Notes: generated from the letters alone by a model not told the origin. A stretch of 64,000 nucleotides of DNA from an uncultured Alphaproteobacteria bacterium (GCA_963773115.1 CAVYZZ010000006.1:66508-130507); one strand, 5' to 3'. Counted from the stretch's first letter, positions 28,572 through 39,842 are shown. Numbers and translations are program-made.

Positions 28572-29738
28572 ATGAGTCGGGTCCTCAACCTCATGGCGTT
28601 CGTCGTGTTCGCGACGACGCTGTTCATGCGTTCTGTCGATCCTGTCATTCCGCAGATCGCGCATGGCTTGAACGTGGCGCCCACCACCGCCGCGTTGTTG
28701 TCGACCGCCTTCGCCTTGCCCTATGCGCTGATACAGCCGGTGCTCGGCGCGCTCGCCGACATGTTCAGCAAGACCCGGATGATAACGCTGTGCATGCTGG
28801 GGCTCGGCCTCACCACGCTCGCCTGCGGACTGGTGACGAATTTCGAAATGCTGATGGTCCTGCGCGTGCTCGCGGGCTTTGCCGCTGGCGGCGTCTTCCC
28901 GATCGCGCTGGCAGTTGCCGGCGACCGCGTGCCGGTTCAGCAGCGCCAGGTCGCGATCGGGCGGCTGTTGTTTGCCGCCATGACCGGCAATCTGCTGGGA
29001 GCGTCGGGCGCCGGCGTGGTCGGCGACACGATCGGCTGGCGCGGCGTCTTCTTCCTTACCGGCGCCATCGACCTGATCGCGCTTGGGCTGGCCATTCGCG
29101 GCTTTCGCGAATTGAAAGAAGTACCGGGGCGTTTCGACTTTTCAACCTTCATTCCGAACTATCGCGCGGTGTTCAGCAATCCGCTGGCGAAGTACTGCTT
29201 CGGCGCCGTTTTCATGGAAGCAATCTTCATGTTCGGCGTGTTTCCCTATATCGCGGTGATGTTGCGCACAGAAGGCGTCACGCAGGCCTCCATCGCCGGC
29301 GTGGTGATCGCCGGCTTCGGCATCGGCGGCGTCATCTACACCCTCATCGTGTCATGGCTGGTCACGCATATCGGCGAGCGTCGCCTGATGGCGGGCGGCG
29401 GCATGGTGATGGGGGCGTGCCTTGCGGTGATCGCGCTGCGCGTGCCCTGGCCGGCCGAATTCGTCAACTTTATTGTTATCGGATTCGGCTTCTACATGCT
29501 GCACGGCTGCATCCAGGTCTATGTGACCGAGCTGGCGCCGCACGCGCGCGCCTCGGCAACGGCCGGGCATTCGGCATTCTTTTTCCTGGGGCAGGCGATT
29601 GGGCCGGTGATCTATGGCCTCGGCCTCAACAGCGTCGGTATCGTCCCGGTACTGCTCACCGGCACGGTGGTGCTGACGCTGACGGGCTGGACTTGCGCCT
29701 TGCGGCTGCGCCGCCAGCCGCTACCGGCGGAAACTTAG
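28572..29738 (+). CDS. MFS transporter
   Basis: 388-aa ORF with about 12 hydrophobic segments and the MFS loop motif [13 protein letters not shown]. Confidence 0.85.
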   Translation: MSRVLNLMAFVVFATTLFMRSVDPVIPQIAHGLNVAPTTAALLSTAFALPYALIQPVLGALADMFSKTRMITLCMLGLGLTTLACGLVTNFEMLMVLRVLAGFAAGGVFPIALAVAGDRVPVQQRQVAIGRLLFAAMTGNLLGASGAGVVGDTIGWRGVFFLTGAIDLIALGLAIRGFRELKEVPGRFDFSTFIPNYRAVFSNPLAKYCFGAVFMEAIFMFGVFPYIAVMLRTEGVTQASIAGVVIAGFGIGGVIYTLIVSWLVTHIGERRLMAGGGMVMGACLAVIALRVPWPAEFVNFIVIGFGFYMLHGCIQVYVTELAPHARASATAGHSAFFFLGQAIGPVIYGLGLNSVGIVPVLLTGTVVLTLTGWTCALRLRRQPLPAET

Positions 29739-30190
29739 CCGCGGCCGCGATAAGGCGCGACGCCTTGGTCGGGCGGCAGCCACACATCCTTTGGCAGCCG
29801 GCCGGCCTGCCAGAACACGTCGATTGGCATGCCGCCGCGCGGATACCAGTAGCCGCCAATGCGCAGATATTTGGGCTTGAGCAGCGCGAACAGTTTCTTG
29901 CCGATGGCGACGGTGCAGTCCTCGTGGAAGGCGCCGTGATTGCGGAAACTGTTGAGATAGAGCTTGAGCGATTTCGACTCCACCAGAAAACGCCCGGGCA
30001 CGTAGTCGATCACGAAATGCGCAAAATCCGGCTGGCCGGTGATCGGGCACAGGCAGGTGAATTCCGGCGCTGTAAAGCGCGCCACATAATTGGTGTTGGT
30101 GTGCGGATTCGGCACGCGGTCGAGCCTCGCCTTGGCGGGCGAAGCAGGGATGGGGGCAGGGCGCCCGAGCTGGAGCCGTTTTTTTGCCAT
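29735..30190 (-). CDS. queF: NADPH-dependent 7-cyano-7-deazaguanine reductase
   Basis: 151-aa [17 protein letters not shown] (catalytic Cys) and [14 protein letters not shown]. Convergent 4-nt overlap with the MFS gene. Confidence 0.92.
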   Translation of the reverse strand: MAKKRLQLGRPAPIPASPAKARLDRVPNPHTNTNYVARFTAPEFTCLCPITGQPDFAHFVIDYVPGRFLVESKSLKLYLNSFRNHGAFHEDCTVAIGKKLFALLKPKYLRIGGYWYPRGGMPIDVFWQAGRLPKDVWLPPDQGVAPYRGRG

Positions 30191-30205
30191 TTACTCACCG
30201 CTGTC

Positions 30206-30296
30206 ATCGTCCGCGAAAGCGGACGATCCAGTATCCCCTGTGCCTGCGACTATCGCAGGATCTGAGAGTACTGGATGCCCCGCTTTCGCGGGGCAT
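30206..30296. repeat. cluster of three GC-rich hairpins between queF and eno
   Basis: ATCGTCCGC-gaaa-GCGGACGAT (30206-30227), CTGCGA-cta-TCGCAG (30245-30259) and ATGCCCCGC-tttc-GCGGGGCAT (30275-30296). Confidence 0.7.
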
Positions 30297-30323
30297 GACA
30301 AGGGGTAGGGATCGGGGACATGA

Positions 30324-31652
<1,329 letters not shown>

Positions 31653-31718
31653 CGCTTGCATTACCGCCGAAATCGCCGCAAATTGTGCCGTAGATAATTT
31701 CCGCTTTAGAGACGTTCC

Positions 31719-32522
31719 ATGGACCAGAGCACGGGCTTGCCGATCCACGACCGCCGCCGCGCCGCCGCGCGCCTGGCGGATTTCGTCGCCCAATCGGTCT
31801 TGGCCGCACGCGCGGTGGAGACACCTTTCTTCCATCTTGAATTGGACCGCGTGTTCCCCGACGATACCTACGCCCAGATCCTGGCGCTGATGCCGCAGTC
31901 GCGCGACTACCGGCCGATGCACGGGCGCAGCAAGGGCCACGATCTCGACGACGGCACCCATACGCGCGTCAAGATCGACCTGTTCCCGGAATACATCCGC
32001 AACCTGCCGCCGGAAAAACGCGCGCTGTGGGACGTGGTCGGCCGCGCGCTGTGTTCAGACACAGTGAAGCAAGCCTTCATCCGGCGGCTCGGGCCCGGCC
32101 TGTTGAAGCGCTTCGGCAAAGACTTTGCCAAGGTCGGCATGTATCCGATCCCGATCCTGACGCGCGACATCCCCGGCTATCTGATCACGCCGCACACCGA
32201 CACCCGGTGGAAGGGCATCACCGTGCAGCTTTATCTGCCCCAGGATGACGCCAATACCGATATCGGCACCATTTTCCATGAAAAGCTTCCCGACGGCTCC
32301 ATGCCGAAGAAGGCGCAGATGAAGTTCGCGCCCAACACCGGATATGCCTTTGCCGTCGGCGACGACACCTGGCACTCGGCCGATCCGGTGCACAACCGCG
32401 TGAAGACCCGTGACTCGATCCTGCTCACTTATTTCGTCGACCAGGGGCTGCTGCGCACCCTGCGCAACCGCGGCAAGCGGCTGGGGAATTTCGTGCTCAA
32501 CGAGATCAGGCAGCGGGTTTAG
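31719..32522 (+). CDS. hypothetical protein, possibly 2OG-Fe(II) oxygenase-fold
   Basis: 267-aa ORF. Candidate metal triad in ITPHTD (HxD) and TWHSADPV (distal His), with RDS about 15 residues later. The assignment is motif-level only. Confidence 0.6.
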   Translation: MDQSTGLPIHDRRRAAARLADFVAQSVLAARAVETPFFHLELDRVFPDDTYAQILALMPQSRDYRPMHGRSKGHDLDDGTHTRVKIDLFPEYIRNLPPEKRALWDVVGRALCSDTVKQAFIRRLGPGLLKRFGKDFAKVGMYPIPILTRDIPGYLITPHTDTRWKGITVQLYLPQDDANTDIGTIFHEKLPDGSMPKKAQMKFAPNTGYAFAVGDDTWHSADPVHNRVKTRDSILLTYFVDQGLLRTLRNRGKRLGNFVLNEIRQRV

Positions 32523-32550
32523 CGCTGTTGGCGCCAAGCTCTCCTTCGTC

Positions 32551-32635
32551 ATGGCCGGCCCAGTGCCGGCCATCTCGCTTACGGACACAGGGCCTTGCGA
32601 CATTTAAGCGGAATGCGCGGGACAAGCCCGCGCAT
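32551..32635. repeat. two GC-rich hairpins between 31719..32522 and ftsB
   Basis: ATGGCCGGC-ccagt-GCCGGCCAT (32551-32573) and ATGCGCGGG-acaag-CCCGCGCAT (32613-32635). Confidence 0.65.
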
Positions 32636-32702
32636 GACGGTGGAGCGGTCGTGGCCCGCCCATTAAAACCGCCTTAACGCGATTCCCGCATCTTCGCGGG
32701 CT

Positions 32703-33023
32703 ATGGTCACCCACCGGCACCGCCGCGTCATCCTGACCGTGCTCGGGCTTTACAGCTTCGCGGCGCTGTTCATCGGCTATTTCGGCGTCAACGCCTTCAC
32801 CGGCGCCCATGGTCTGCGTGCGCAAGCCGACCTGGACCATCGGCTCGCGCTCATGCAGAAAGAGATCGGCGACCTCAAAGCCAAGCGGGCGGTGTGGGAG
32901 CGGCGGGTGTCGCTGCTGCGCGCAAACCGCATCGACCCCGACATGCTGGACGAGCGCGCCCGCGCGCTTCTGGGCTATACCGACCCGCGCGACATAACGT
33001 TGCTCCTGCACCCGCACGAATAA
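32703..33023 (+). CDS. ftsB: septum formation initiator family protein (FtsB-like)
   Basis: 106-aa ORF with one N-terminal TM segment then a coiled coil (LALMQKEIGDLKAKRAVWERRVSLLR). From memory this eno-pdhA position is typical in Alphaproteobacteria. Confidence 0.8.
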   Translation: MVTHRHRRVILTVLGLYSFAALFIGYFGVNAFTGAHGLRAQADLDHRLALMQKEIGDLKAKRAVWERRVSLLRANRIDPDMLDERARALLGYTDPRDITLLLHPHE

Positions 33024-33204
33024 ACGAACCTTGCGCGGCCCGCCGGCGTTATCCACCACCGGTCATTCCCGTTGCCAATCAAATCCTTGGCCAGCTTTGC
33101 CGCAAACAGGACCGGCGCGCTCGCGCTTCCGCCTGCGGTCGATTTAAGCTAAGGGGATCGAGCTTAAGGCGTCACCCCGCGCCCCAGCCGATCCTTGTTG
33201 AGGA

Positions 33205-34239
33205 GTGCCTATGGCTGCGCCCAAGAAGAATCCGAGCGCCGACAGCAAGCCGCCGGCCGTGGACGGAAAACCCGTTCCCGAATTCAGCAAGGACGAGGAA
33301 CTCGCAGCCTACCGCGCCATGCTGACCATCCGCCGCTTCGAGGAGAAGGCGGGGCAGATGTACGGCATGGGCCTGATTGGCGGCTTCTGCCACCTTTATA
33401 TCGGCCAGGAAGCCGTCGTTACCGGCATGCAGATGGTGCTCGATCCCGGCGACGACGTGATCACCGGCTACCGCGATCACGGACATATGATCGCCTGCGG
33501 CATGGACCCCAAAGGCGTGATGGCGGAATTGACCGGCCGCGCCCATGGCTATTCCAAGGGCAAGGGCGGCTCGATGCATATGTTCAGCGTCGAAAAAAAC
33601 TTCTACGGCGGCCACGGCATCGTCGGCGCGCCGGTACCGCTCGGAACGGGCCTGGCTTTCGCCAATACTTATCGCGGCAATAAAAACATTTGTCTTACTT
33701 ACTTTGGTGACGGCGCCGCCAACCAGGGTCAGGTCTATGAAAGCTTCAATATGGCGGAGCTGTGGAAACTGCCGGTGATCTACGTGATCGAGAACAACCG
33801 CTACGCCATGGGCACCGCCATCTCGCGCTCCTCGGCCCAGACCAACCTGTCGCGGCGCGGCCTCTCGTTCAACATTCCGGGCGAGCAGGTCGACGGCATG
33901 GACGTGCGCGCAGTCAAGGCGGCGGGCCAGAAGGCGGCGGCGTGGTGCCGCGCCGGCAAGGGTCCGTACATTCTCGAGATGCTCACCTACCGCTATCGCG
34001 GCCACTCGATGTCGGACCCGGCCAAGTATCGCACCCGCCAGGAAGTGGACGAGGTGCGCACGCACCACGACCCGATCGACATGGTGCGTCACCGCATCCT
34101 GGAAAAGAAATTCGCCAGCGAGGATGCGCTCAAGAAGATCGATGCCGAAGTGCGCGATCTCATCAATCAGGCAGCCGAGTTCGCCACCCACGATCCGGAG
34201 CCGGATCCCTCCGAGCTCTACACCGACGTATACCGCTGA
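33205..34239 (+). CDS. pdhA: pyruvate dehydrogenase E1 alpha subunit
   Basis: 344-aa ORF. TPP motif YFGDGAANQGQVYESFNMA and ...YRYRGHSMSDP. Confidence 0.96.
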   Translation: MPMAAPKKNPSADSKPPAVDGKPVPEFSKDEELAAYRAMLTIRRFEEKAGQMYGMGLIGGFCHLYIGQEAVVTGMQMVLDPGDDVITGYRDHGHMIACGMDPKGVMAELTGRAHGYSKGKGGSMHMFSVEKNFYGGHGIVGAPVPLGTGLAFANTYRGNKNICLTYFGDGAANQGQVYESFNMAELWKLPVIYVIENNRYAMGTAISRSSAQTNLSRRGLSFNIPGEQVDGMDVRAVKAAGQKAAAWCRAGKGPYILEMLTYRYRGHSMSDPAKYRTRQEVDEVRTHHDPIDMVRHRILEKKFASEDALKKIDAEVRDLINQAAEFATHDPEPDPSELYTDVYR

Positions 34240-34277
34240 GCGTCATCGCGCGGTCAATGTAAGAAGCAGTAGCGCCC

Positions 34278-35705
34278 ATGCCGACCGAAGTATTGATGCC
34301 CGCGCTGTCGCCCACGATGGAGAAGGGCAACCTCTCCAAGTGGCTCAAGAAGGAGGGCGACCCGGTCAAGTCCGGCGACGTCATCGCCGAGATCGAGACC
34401 GATAAGGCCACCATGGAAGTGGAAGCGGCGGACGAGGGCACGCTCGGCAAAATCCTGGTCCCGGAAGGCACCGCCGACGTCGCGGTCAATACGCCGATCG
34501 CGGTCATTCTGGGTGACGGCGAGGAGGCCTCCGCGATCAAGGTGGCCAAACCTGCGCAGCAGAAAAATACCGCGTCACCGGAGCCGATGACGGAAGAGGT
34601 AGCGGAGTCGCAGCCGCAAGTCGAAGAACGACATGCAATCAAGGAACCGAAAGCGTTGGCCACGGCGCCGGTCGCGCCGGAAGCTAAGGTTGCGCCCGAT
34701 CCCGACATTCCCGAAGGCACTGAGCTGGTGACCATGACCATGCGCGAAGCGCTGCGCGACGCCATGGCCGAGGAGATGCGTCGCGATCCGGATGTGTTCG
34801 TGATGGGCGAGGAGGTCGCCGAATATCAGGGCGCCTACAAGGTCACGCAAGGCCTGTTGCAGGAGTTCGGCGCCAAGCGCGTCATCGACACGCCCATTAC
34901 CGAACACGGTTTCGCAGGCCTCGGCGTCGGCGCCGCCTTCGCCGGCTTGAAGCCGATCGTCGAATTCATGACCTTCAATTTCGCCATGCAGGCCATGGAC
35001 CATCTGATCAATTCGGCGGCCAAGACGAATTACATGTCCGGCGGCCAGGTGAATTGCCATATCGTGTTCCGCGGGCCGAACGGCGCCGCCGCCCGGGTCG
35101 GCGCCCAGCACAGCCAGGATTATTCGTCCTGGTATTCGCACGTGCCCGGCCTGAAGGTGGTCGCGCCGTCCAATGCCGCCGACGCCAAGGGCCTGCTGAA
35201 GGCGGCGATCCGCGATCCCAATCCAGTCGTCTTCCTGGAAAACGAAATCCTCTACGGCCATTCCTCACCGGTGCCCAAGCTCGACGACTTCGTGCTGTCG
35301 ATCGGCAAGGCGCATATCGCGCGCGCCGGCAACGACGTCACTATCGTCGCCTGGTCTATGGGCATGTCCTACGCGCTGCAGGCGGCCGACGCGCTCGCCA
35401 AGGACGGCATTGAGGCCGAGGTGATCGACCTGCGCACGCTCAAGCCCATGGACGTCGCTACAATCATCGCCTCGGTGCAGAAAACGGGTCGCTGCGTGAC
35501 GGTGGAAGAGGGCTGGAAGCAGTCCGGCGTCGGCGCCGAGATCGCCGCGCAACTGATGGAGAATGCGTTCGATTATCTCGACGCACCGGTGACGCGCGTC
35601 ACCGGCAAGGACGTGCCGATGCCTTACGCGGCCAACCTGGAAAAGCTGGCGCTGCCTTCGGTCGCCGAGGTGATCGAGGCGGCCAAAGCGGTTTGCTACC
35701 GGTAA
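34278..35705 (+). CDS. pdhB: pyruvate dehydrogenase E1 beta subunit with N-terminal lipoyl domain
   Basis: 475-aa ORF. Lipoyl motif [16 protein letters not shown], a linker, then the transketolase-like beta subunit ([13 protein letters not shown]). Confidence 0.96.
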   Translation: MPTEVLMPALSPTMEKGNLSKWLKKEGDPVKSGDVIAEIETDKATMEVEAADEGTLGKILVPEGTADVAVNTPIAVILGDGEEASAIKVAKPAQQKNTASPEPMTEEVAESQPQVEERHAIKEPKALATAPVAPEAKVAPDPDIPEGTELVTMTMREALRDAMAEEMRRDPDVFVMGEEVAEYQGAYKVTQGLLQEFGAKRVIDTPITEHGFAGLGVGAAFAGLKPIVEFMTFNFAMQAMDHLINSAAKTNYMSGGQVNCHIVFRGPNGAAARVGAQHSQDYSSWYSHVPGLKVVAPSNAADAKGLLKAAIRDPNPVVFLENEILYGHSSPVPKLDDFVLSIGKAHIARAGNDVTIVAWSMGMSYALQAADALAKDGIEAEVIDLRTLKPMDVATIIASVQKTGRCVTVEEGWKQSGVGAEIAAQLMENAFDYLDAPVTRVTGKDVPMPYAANLEKLALPSVAEVIEAAKAVCYR

Positions 35706-35714
35706 GCGCGCGCG

Positions 35715-37115
35715 ATGCCCACCAACATCCTCATGCCGGCGCTGTCGCCCACCATGGAGAAGGGCAACCTCACCAAGTGGCTCAAGAAAGAGGGCGACAA
35801 GATTTCGTCGGGCGACGTCATCGCAGAGATTGAGACCGACAAGGCCACCATGGAATATGAGGCGGTGGACGAGGGCACGCTCGCCAAGATCGTGGTGCCG
35901 GAAGGCACGCAGGACGTGGCGGTGAATTCGGTGATCGCCGTGCTGGCCGGCGACGGCGAGGACGTGAAAGCGGCGGCGGCCGGTGCCGCGAAAGCGCCAG
36001 CGCCAGCGCCGAAACTGGCCGCTGCCCCGGCAAAAGCAACAAGCGCTCCAGCCCCCTCACCCCAACCCTCTCCCACAAGGGGAGAGGGAGTCCCGCCGAG
36101 TGTGACGCACGCTCCCTCCACCTCTCCCCCGGTGGGGGAGGTCGCCGCGCGAAGCGCGGCGGGTGAGGGGGAAAAGCGTTCGGGGTCTAACCGAATTTTT
36201 TCGTCCCCATTGGCCCGCCGCTTGGCCAAAGAAGCCGGCATCGATCTCAACCGCGTGCAGGGCTCTGGCCCGCACGGCCGCGTCATCGCGCGCGACATCG
36301 ACGCCGCCAAATCCGGCAAAGGCCTGCGCGCGCCGGCCATAGGTGCTCTGCTAGGAGCGCCGTCTGTGCAAACAATGTCGGACCAGCAGATCCTCTCACT
36401 CTACGAGGAAGGCTCTTACGAACTGGTGCCCCATGACGGCATGCGCCGCACCATCGCGCAACGGTTGACCGCGTCGGCGCAGAGCATTCCGCATTTCTAC
36501 CTGACGATGGATTGCGACATCGGCAAGCTTATGGCCGCGCGCGAGGAGATCAACGCCGCCGCGCCCAAGGATAAGGACGGCAAGCCGGCCTACAAGATTT
36601 CTGTCAACGACTTCGTCATCAAGGCGCTGGCGCTGGCGCTGCAACGCATCCCCGACGCCAATGTGAGCTGGACCGAAGCCGGCCTGGTCAAGCACAAATA
36701 TTCCGACATCGGCGTCGCAGTGGCGCTGCCCGGCGGGCTGATCACGCCGATCGTGCGCAAGGCCGAGACCAAATCACTCTCCGCCATCTCGAATGAGATG
36801 CGCGATCTCGCCGCCCGCGCGCGCGCCCGCAAGCTCAAGCCGCACGAATATCAGGGCGGCGGCAGTTCGGTGTCGAACCTCGGTATGTACGGCATCAAGG
36901 ACTTCACCGCGGTGATCAATCCGCCGCAATCCACCATCCTCGCGGTCGGAACCGGCGAAGAACGTGCTGTGGTGCGCAACGGTCAGATCGTGCCGGCGAC
37001 GATCATGAGCGTAACGCTGTCCTGCGATCACCGTAGCGTCGACGGCGCGCTTGGCGCCGAGCTGATCGGCGCCTTCAAGACACTGATCGAGAACCCGGTG
37101 ATGATGGTGGTGTGA
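35715..37115 (+). CDS. pdhC: dihydrolipoamide acetyltransferase (E2)
   Basis: 466-aa ORF. Lipoyl [16 protein letters not shown], subunit-binding SSPLARRLAKEAGIDL...GSGPHGRV, catalytic LSCDHRSVDGA. Confidence 0.96.
   Translation: MPTNILMPALSPTMEKGNLTKWLKKEGDKISSGDVIAEIETDKATMEYEAVDEGTLAKIVVPEGTQDVAVNSVIAVLAGDGEDVKAAAAGAAKAPAPAPKLAAAPAKATSAPAPSPQPSPTRGEGVPPSVTHAPSTSPPVGEVAARSAAGEGEKRSGSNRIFSSPLARRLAKEAGIDLNRVQGSGPHGRVIARDIDAAKSGKGLRAPAIGALLGAPSVQTMSDQQILSLYEEGSYELVPHDGMRRTIAQRLTASAQSIPHFYLTMDCDIGKLMAAREEINAAAPKDKDGKPAYKISVNDFVIKALALALQRIPDANVSWTEAGLVKHKYSDIGVAVALPGGLITPIVRKAETKSLSAISNEMRDLAARARARKLKPHEYQGGGSSVSNLGMYGIKDFTAVINPPQSTILAVGTGEERAVVRNGQIVPATIMSVTLSCDHRSVDGALGAELIGAFKTLIENPVMMVV
36052..36171. 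repeat. 120-nt multi-hairpin repeat element lying in frame inside the pdhC linker
   Basis: Outer inverted repeat CCCCCTCACCC (36052-62) / GGGTGAGGGGG (36161-71). Inner hairpins CCCTCTCCC-acaag-GGGAGAGGG (36066-88), a 7-8 bp stem at 36122-36141 and CGCCGCGC-gaa-GCGCGGCG (36143-61). Encodes PSPQPSPTRGEGVPPSVTHAPSTSPPVGEVAARSAAGEGE. Confidence 0.75.
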
Positions 37116-37471
37116 CGGCGCCGCTGAGGAGGCCAGTCGTGATTTTGACTCGGTTGATTTGCGCGTTAGGTCTGGCTTCTCTGGTAATATGCTTGCTGTT
37201 TGCGGCGCCCGCCGTCGCCGAGCTCGCGCCGCGTTATACGACGTGGGCGGACTATGCCGCCGTGGTCAATCAATCCACGATTCCGCATCTGCTTGGCGTT
37301 GTCGACCGCATCGAACGTATCGGTTACGGAAAGTTCCTCGTTTCTGGTGGCAAATGCTCGGTCGAGATCAAGATTGCGCGGGAATCCGCCAAGGGTCCTG
37401 GTGGCCAGCCCGTTGCCGGCGGGTCTCACGTTGCCCGGGTCGATGTCGGGCCGAAGCGCTGCAAGCCATAG
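37112..37471 (+). CDS. small hypothetical secreted protein
   Basis: 119-aa ORF (GTG overlapping the pdhC stop; an alternative GTG at 37139). Signal-peptide-like ...LTRLICALGLASLVICLLFAAPAVA. Confidence 0.55.
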   Translation: MTAPLRRPVVILTRLICALGLASLVICLLFAAPAVAELAPRYTTWADYAAVVNQSTIPHLLGVVDRIERIGYGKFLVSGGKCSVEIKIARESAKGPGGQPVAGGSHVARVDVGPKRCKP

Positions 37472-37563
37472 CAGGGCGCTGGCCGTGAAGGACACCGTCG
37501 CCGTCAGCTTCAAGAATATCGTCGCGCCGTTCTATCCGGCTACTCAGACTCTGTAGGCGCCTA

Positions 37564-37980
37564 ATGCGTTTGTTCGTGACCGTACTGCTTGGTGGCGTCG
37601 TGTCGTTCGCGCTCGGCTTTGCCCTGGTGTTCGCGGTGAGCGAATGGCTGCCTCGCCCCGACGACCGGGCGTCCTGTGGCATGGGCCAGGCCTACAGCAT
37701 CATCGCCGTCATGATCTTTGCGCCGCTGGTGATGCTGGTGTTCGGCTTTGCGGTCTGGCGTAGCGCCAGCGAGCGTGCCATCGCAATTGCAGCAATCACG
37801 CTCTTGGCCCCGATCGTCGGTGTGTTGCTGTTCGCCATGATCCTCAACGGCATGCCGCGCGATATCATGCGCGAGCTGTATGGACTGCTCGAATTCTATG
37901 TTCCGCTGGTGCTGATTGTAGGTGTTCAATGGGCCGTGCTGCGCGTGTACATGCGCCGCCCGGCGCCGAAGGGCGCGTAA
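37564..37980 (+). CDS. hypothetical integral membrane protein (about 4 TM)
   Basis: 138-aa ORF with four hydrophobic stretches. Its stop TAA overlaps the ATG of the downstream GNAT gene (TAATG). Confidence 0.6.
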   Translation: MRLFVTVLLGGVVSFALGFALVFAVSEWLPRPDDRASCGMGQAYSIIAVMIFAPLVMLVFGFAVWRSASERAIAIAAITLLAPIVGVLLFAMILNGMPRDIMRELYGLLEFYVPLVLIVGVQWAVLRVYMRRPAPKGA

Positions 37981-38558
37981 TGGCGGACATTCGCCCCGCC
38001 CGCAAATCCGACGCCGCTGCGCTCGCTATTCTGGTCGACATCGCCGGCGAAGGCATGCCGAGCTACATGTGGTCGCGCATGCGCGAGCCGGGCCAGTCGG
38101 CTTTTGAAGTCGGGCGCGCGCGGGCGGCGCGTGACGAGGGCGGGTTTTCCTATCGCAACGCCACTGTCGCCGCGATTGACGGCGAAGTGGCGGCCTGCCT
38201 GGTCGACTACCGGCTCGACGATCCTTACAACACCGGAGATCTCACCGAGCTGCCGGACATGGTGCGGCCGCTGGTGGAGCTGGAAGCCAAAGCGCCGGGT
38301 TCCTGGTACGTCAACGTGCTTGCCGCGTTTCCCGAATTTCGCGGCCAGGGCATCGGCGCCCGTCTGCTGGCGCTGGCCGAAGAGCGCGGCCGGGCACAGA
38401 AAGCGAAATCCGCCAGTATCATCGTCGCCAGCGAGAACGCGGGCGCCATGCGGCTTTATGCGCGCAGCGGTTACCGCGAGGTGGCGCGCGCCCGGGTGGT
38501 GGAATTTCCCGGCTGCGCCCATGGCGGCGACTGGGTGCTGATGGTCAAAGCGATCTGA
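37980..38558 (+). CDS. GNAT-family N-acetyltransferase
   Basis: ATG 37980 within track ORF 37929..38558 gives MADIRPARKSDAAALAILV.... Acetyl-CoA motif FRGQGIGARLL. ...ENAGAMRLYARSGY. Confidence 0.85.
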   Translation: MADIRPARKSDAAALAILVDIAGEGMPSYMWSRMREPGQSAFEVGRARAARDEGGFSYRNATVAAIDGEVAACLVDYRLDDPYNTGDLTELPDMVRPLVELEAKAPGSWYVNVLAAFPEFRGQGIGARLLALAEERGRAQKAKSASIIVASENAGAMRLYARSGYREVARARVVEFPGCAHGGDWVLMVKAI

Positions 38559-38576
38559 ATGGGCGGCGCGCCCGTG

Positions 38577-39842
38577 TTATGCGACCTGCCCACTTTTCCG
38601 AGGCGGCACATCGAACAGCCGGACGGCCTTCGCAAGCGGCATCGGCCGGCCCAGGAAATACCCTTGCGCCTTTTCGACACCCAGCGCCTTCAGCGTGTTG
38701 AGCTCCGACTGCGTTTCGACGCCTTCGGCGATCAGTTTGCTGCCGGTGTCACGCGCGAAACTGATCAGCGCGGCGGCAAGCGCGCGGCGCGCGGGATCGA
38801 GATCGATATGGCGCGTGAGGCCCATGTCGAGCTTGATGATGTCGGGCCGCAAGTGAAGGATATGCTGAAGGCTGGAATAGCCGGCGCCGGCGTCGTCGAC
38901 CGCCAGGCGAACGCCGCGCGCGCGCAATGGCACGAGCGTCGCAAGCAGTTGATCGTAATCGTCGACATGAGCGTGCTCGGTGACTTCGACGACGATACGG
39001 TCGGCTTGCAGGGGACCGAGCACGGCGGAAAATTCCGCGCTCAGGATTGTCGCCGGCGAGGCGTTCACTGCGAGATAGGCGTCTCCCGGCAGCGTCGCAA
39101 AAGCGGCGAACGCCATGCGGATGGCGGTGAGTTCCAGATCGACGCCGAGCCCGGTGTCGGCGGCTTCCTTGAACCAAAGGTCCGGCGTGCGCTGCGGCTC
39201 GGCCGAAAAGCGCGCAAGGCATTCCAGCCCGAGAGGCTGCTGCCGTGCGACGTGCCAGATCGGCTGATAGACGATCGCCAGGCGTTTCGCCGCGATCACG
39301 TCCTCGATGCGAATACGCCTTTCCTCGGCCTCCTTTTTCGTTTCCTGTTCGCGGGCGATTTCGTAGGCCGCAAGCTCGGCGAAGGCCCGCATCATTTGCA
39401 TATCGCGCTCGTTGAGCGAGGGGCTGGCCTCGCGCCCGAGGCAACAGAACATGCCATAGGTGCTGCCGTCGGGCAGGCGGATCGGCACGCTCAAATGCTT
39501 GCCGATCGGCACCGTCGTGGTGATCGGCAGCGCCATGGCGATCGGTTCGACCGATGTATCGGGCATCAGCTGCGGCAGACGGCCTTCGAGGATGTGCCGA
39601 CAGTAGATGTCGTCGAGCGACATGGAATCGCCGGGCTTGATCACGGCTTCTAAACCGGGCGCATCGACTTCGTGAAACACCGACGTGTTGCCGACGAACT
39701 CCGACACGTAGGCCACATCCATCCCGAGATGGGAGCGGATGACCTGGAGCGCGCGCTTGACGGTGCCGGCTTCGGCGCCGGCGGTGTCGCCCGCCGCCGT
39801 GATCAGATTGAACAGAGACGGGCCGCTGTCCGGTTGCGCCAT
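38577..39842 (-). CDS. GAF domain / EAL domain protein (putative c-di-GMP phosphodiesterase)
   Basis: Track ORF 38577..39854 (GTG); ATG at 39842. N-terminal GAF-like region, then an EAL domain with YQPIW, an ECL variant of the EAL motif (GLECLARF), DDAGAGYSS, IKLDMGL and AEGVET. Confidence 0.85.
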   Translation of the reverse strand: MAQPDSGPSLFNLITAAGDTAGAEAGTVKRALQVIRSHLGMDVAYVSEFVGNTSVFHEVDAPGLEAVIKPGDSMSLDDIYCRHILEGRLPQLMPDTSVEPIAMALPITTTVPIGKHLSVPIRLPDGSTYGMFCCLGREASPSLNERDMQMMRAFAELAAYEIAREQETKKEAEERRIRIEDVIAAKRLAIVYQPIWHVARQQPLGLECLARFSAEPQRTPDLWFKEAADTGLGVDLELTAIRMAFAAFATLPGDAYLAVNASPATILSAEFSAVLGPLQADRIVVEVTEHAHVDDYDQLLATLVPLRARGVRLAVDDAGAGYSSLQHILHLRPDIIKLDMGLTRHIDLDPARRALAAALISFARDTGSKLIAEGVETQSELNTLKALGVEKAQGYFLGRPMPLAKAVRLFDVPPRKSGQVA

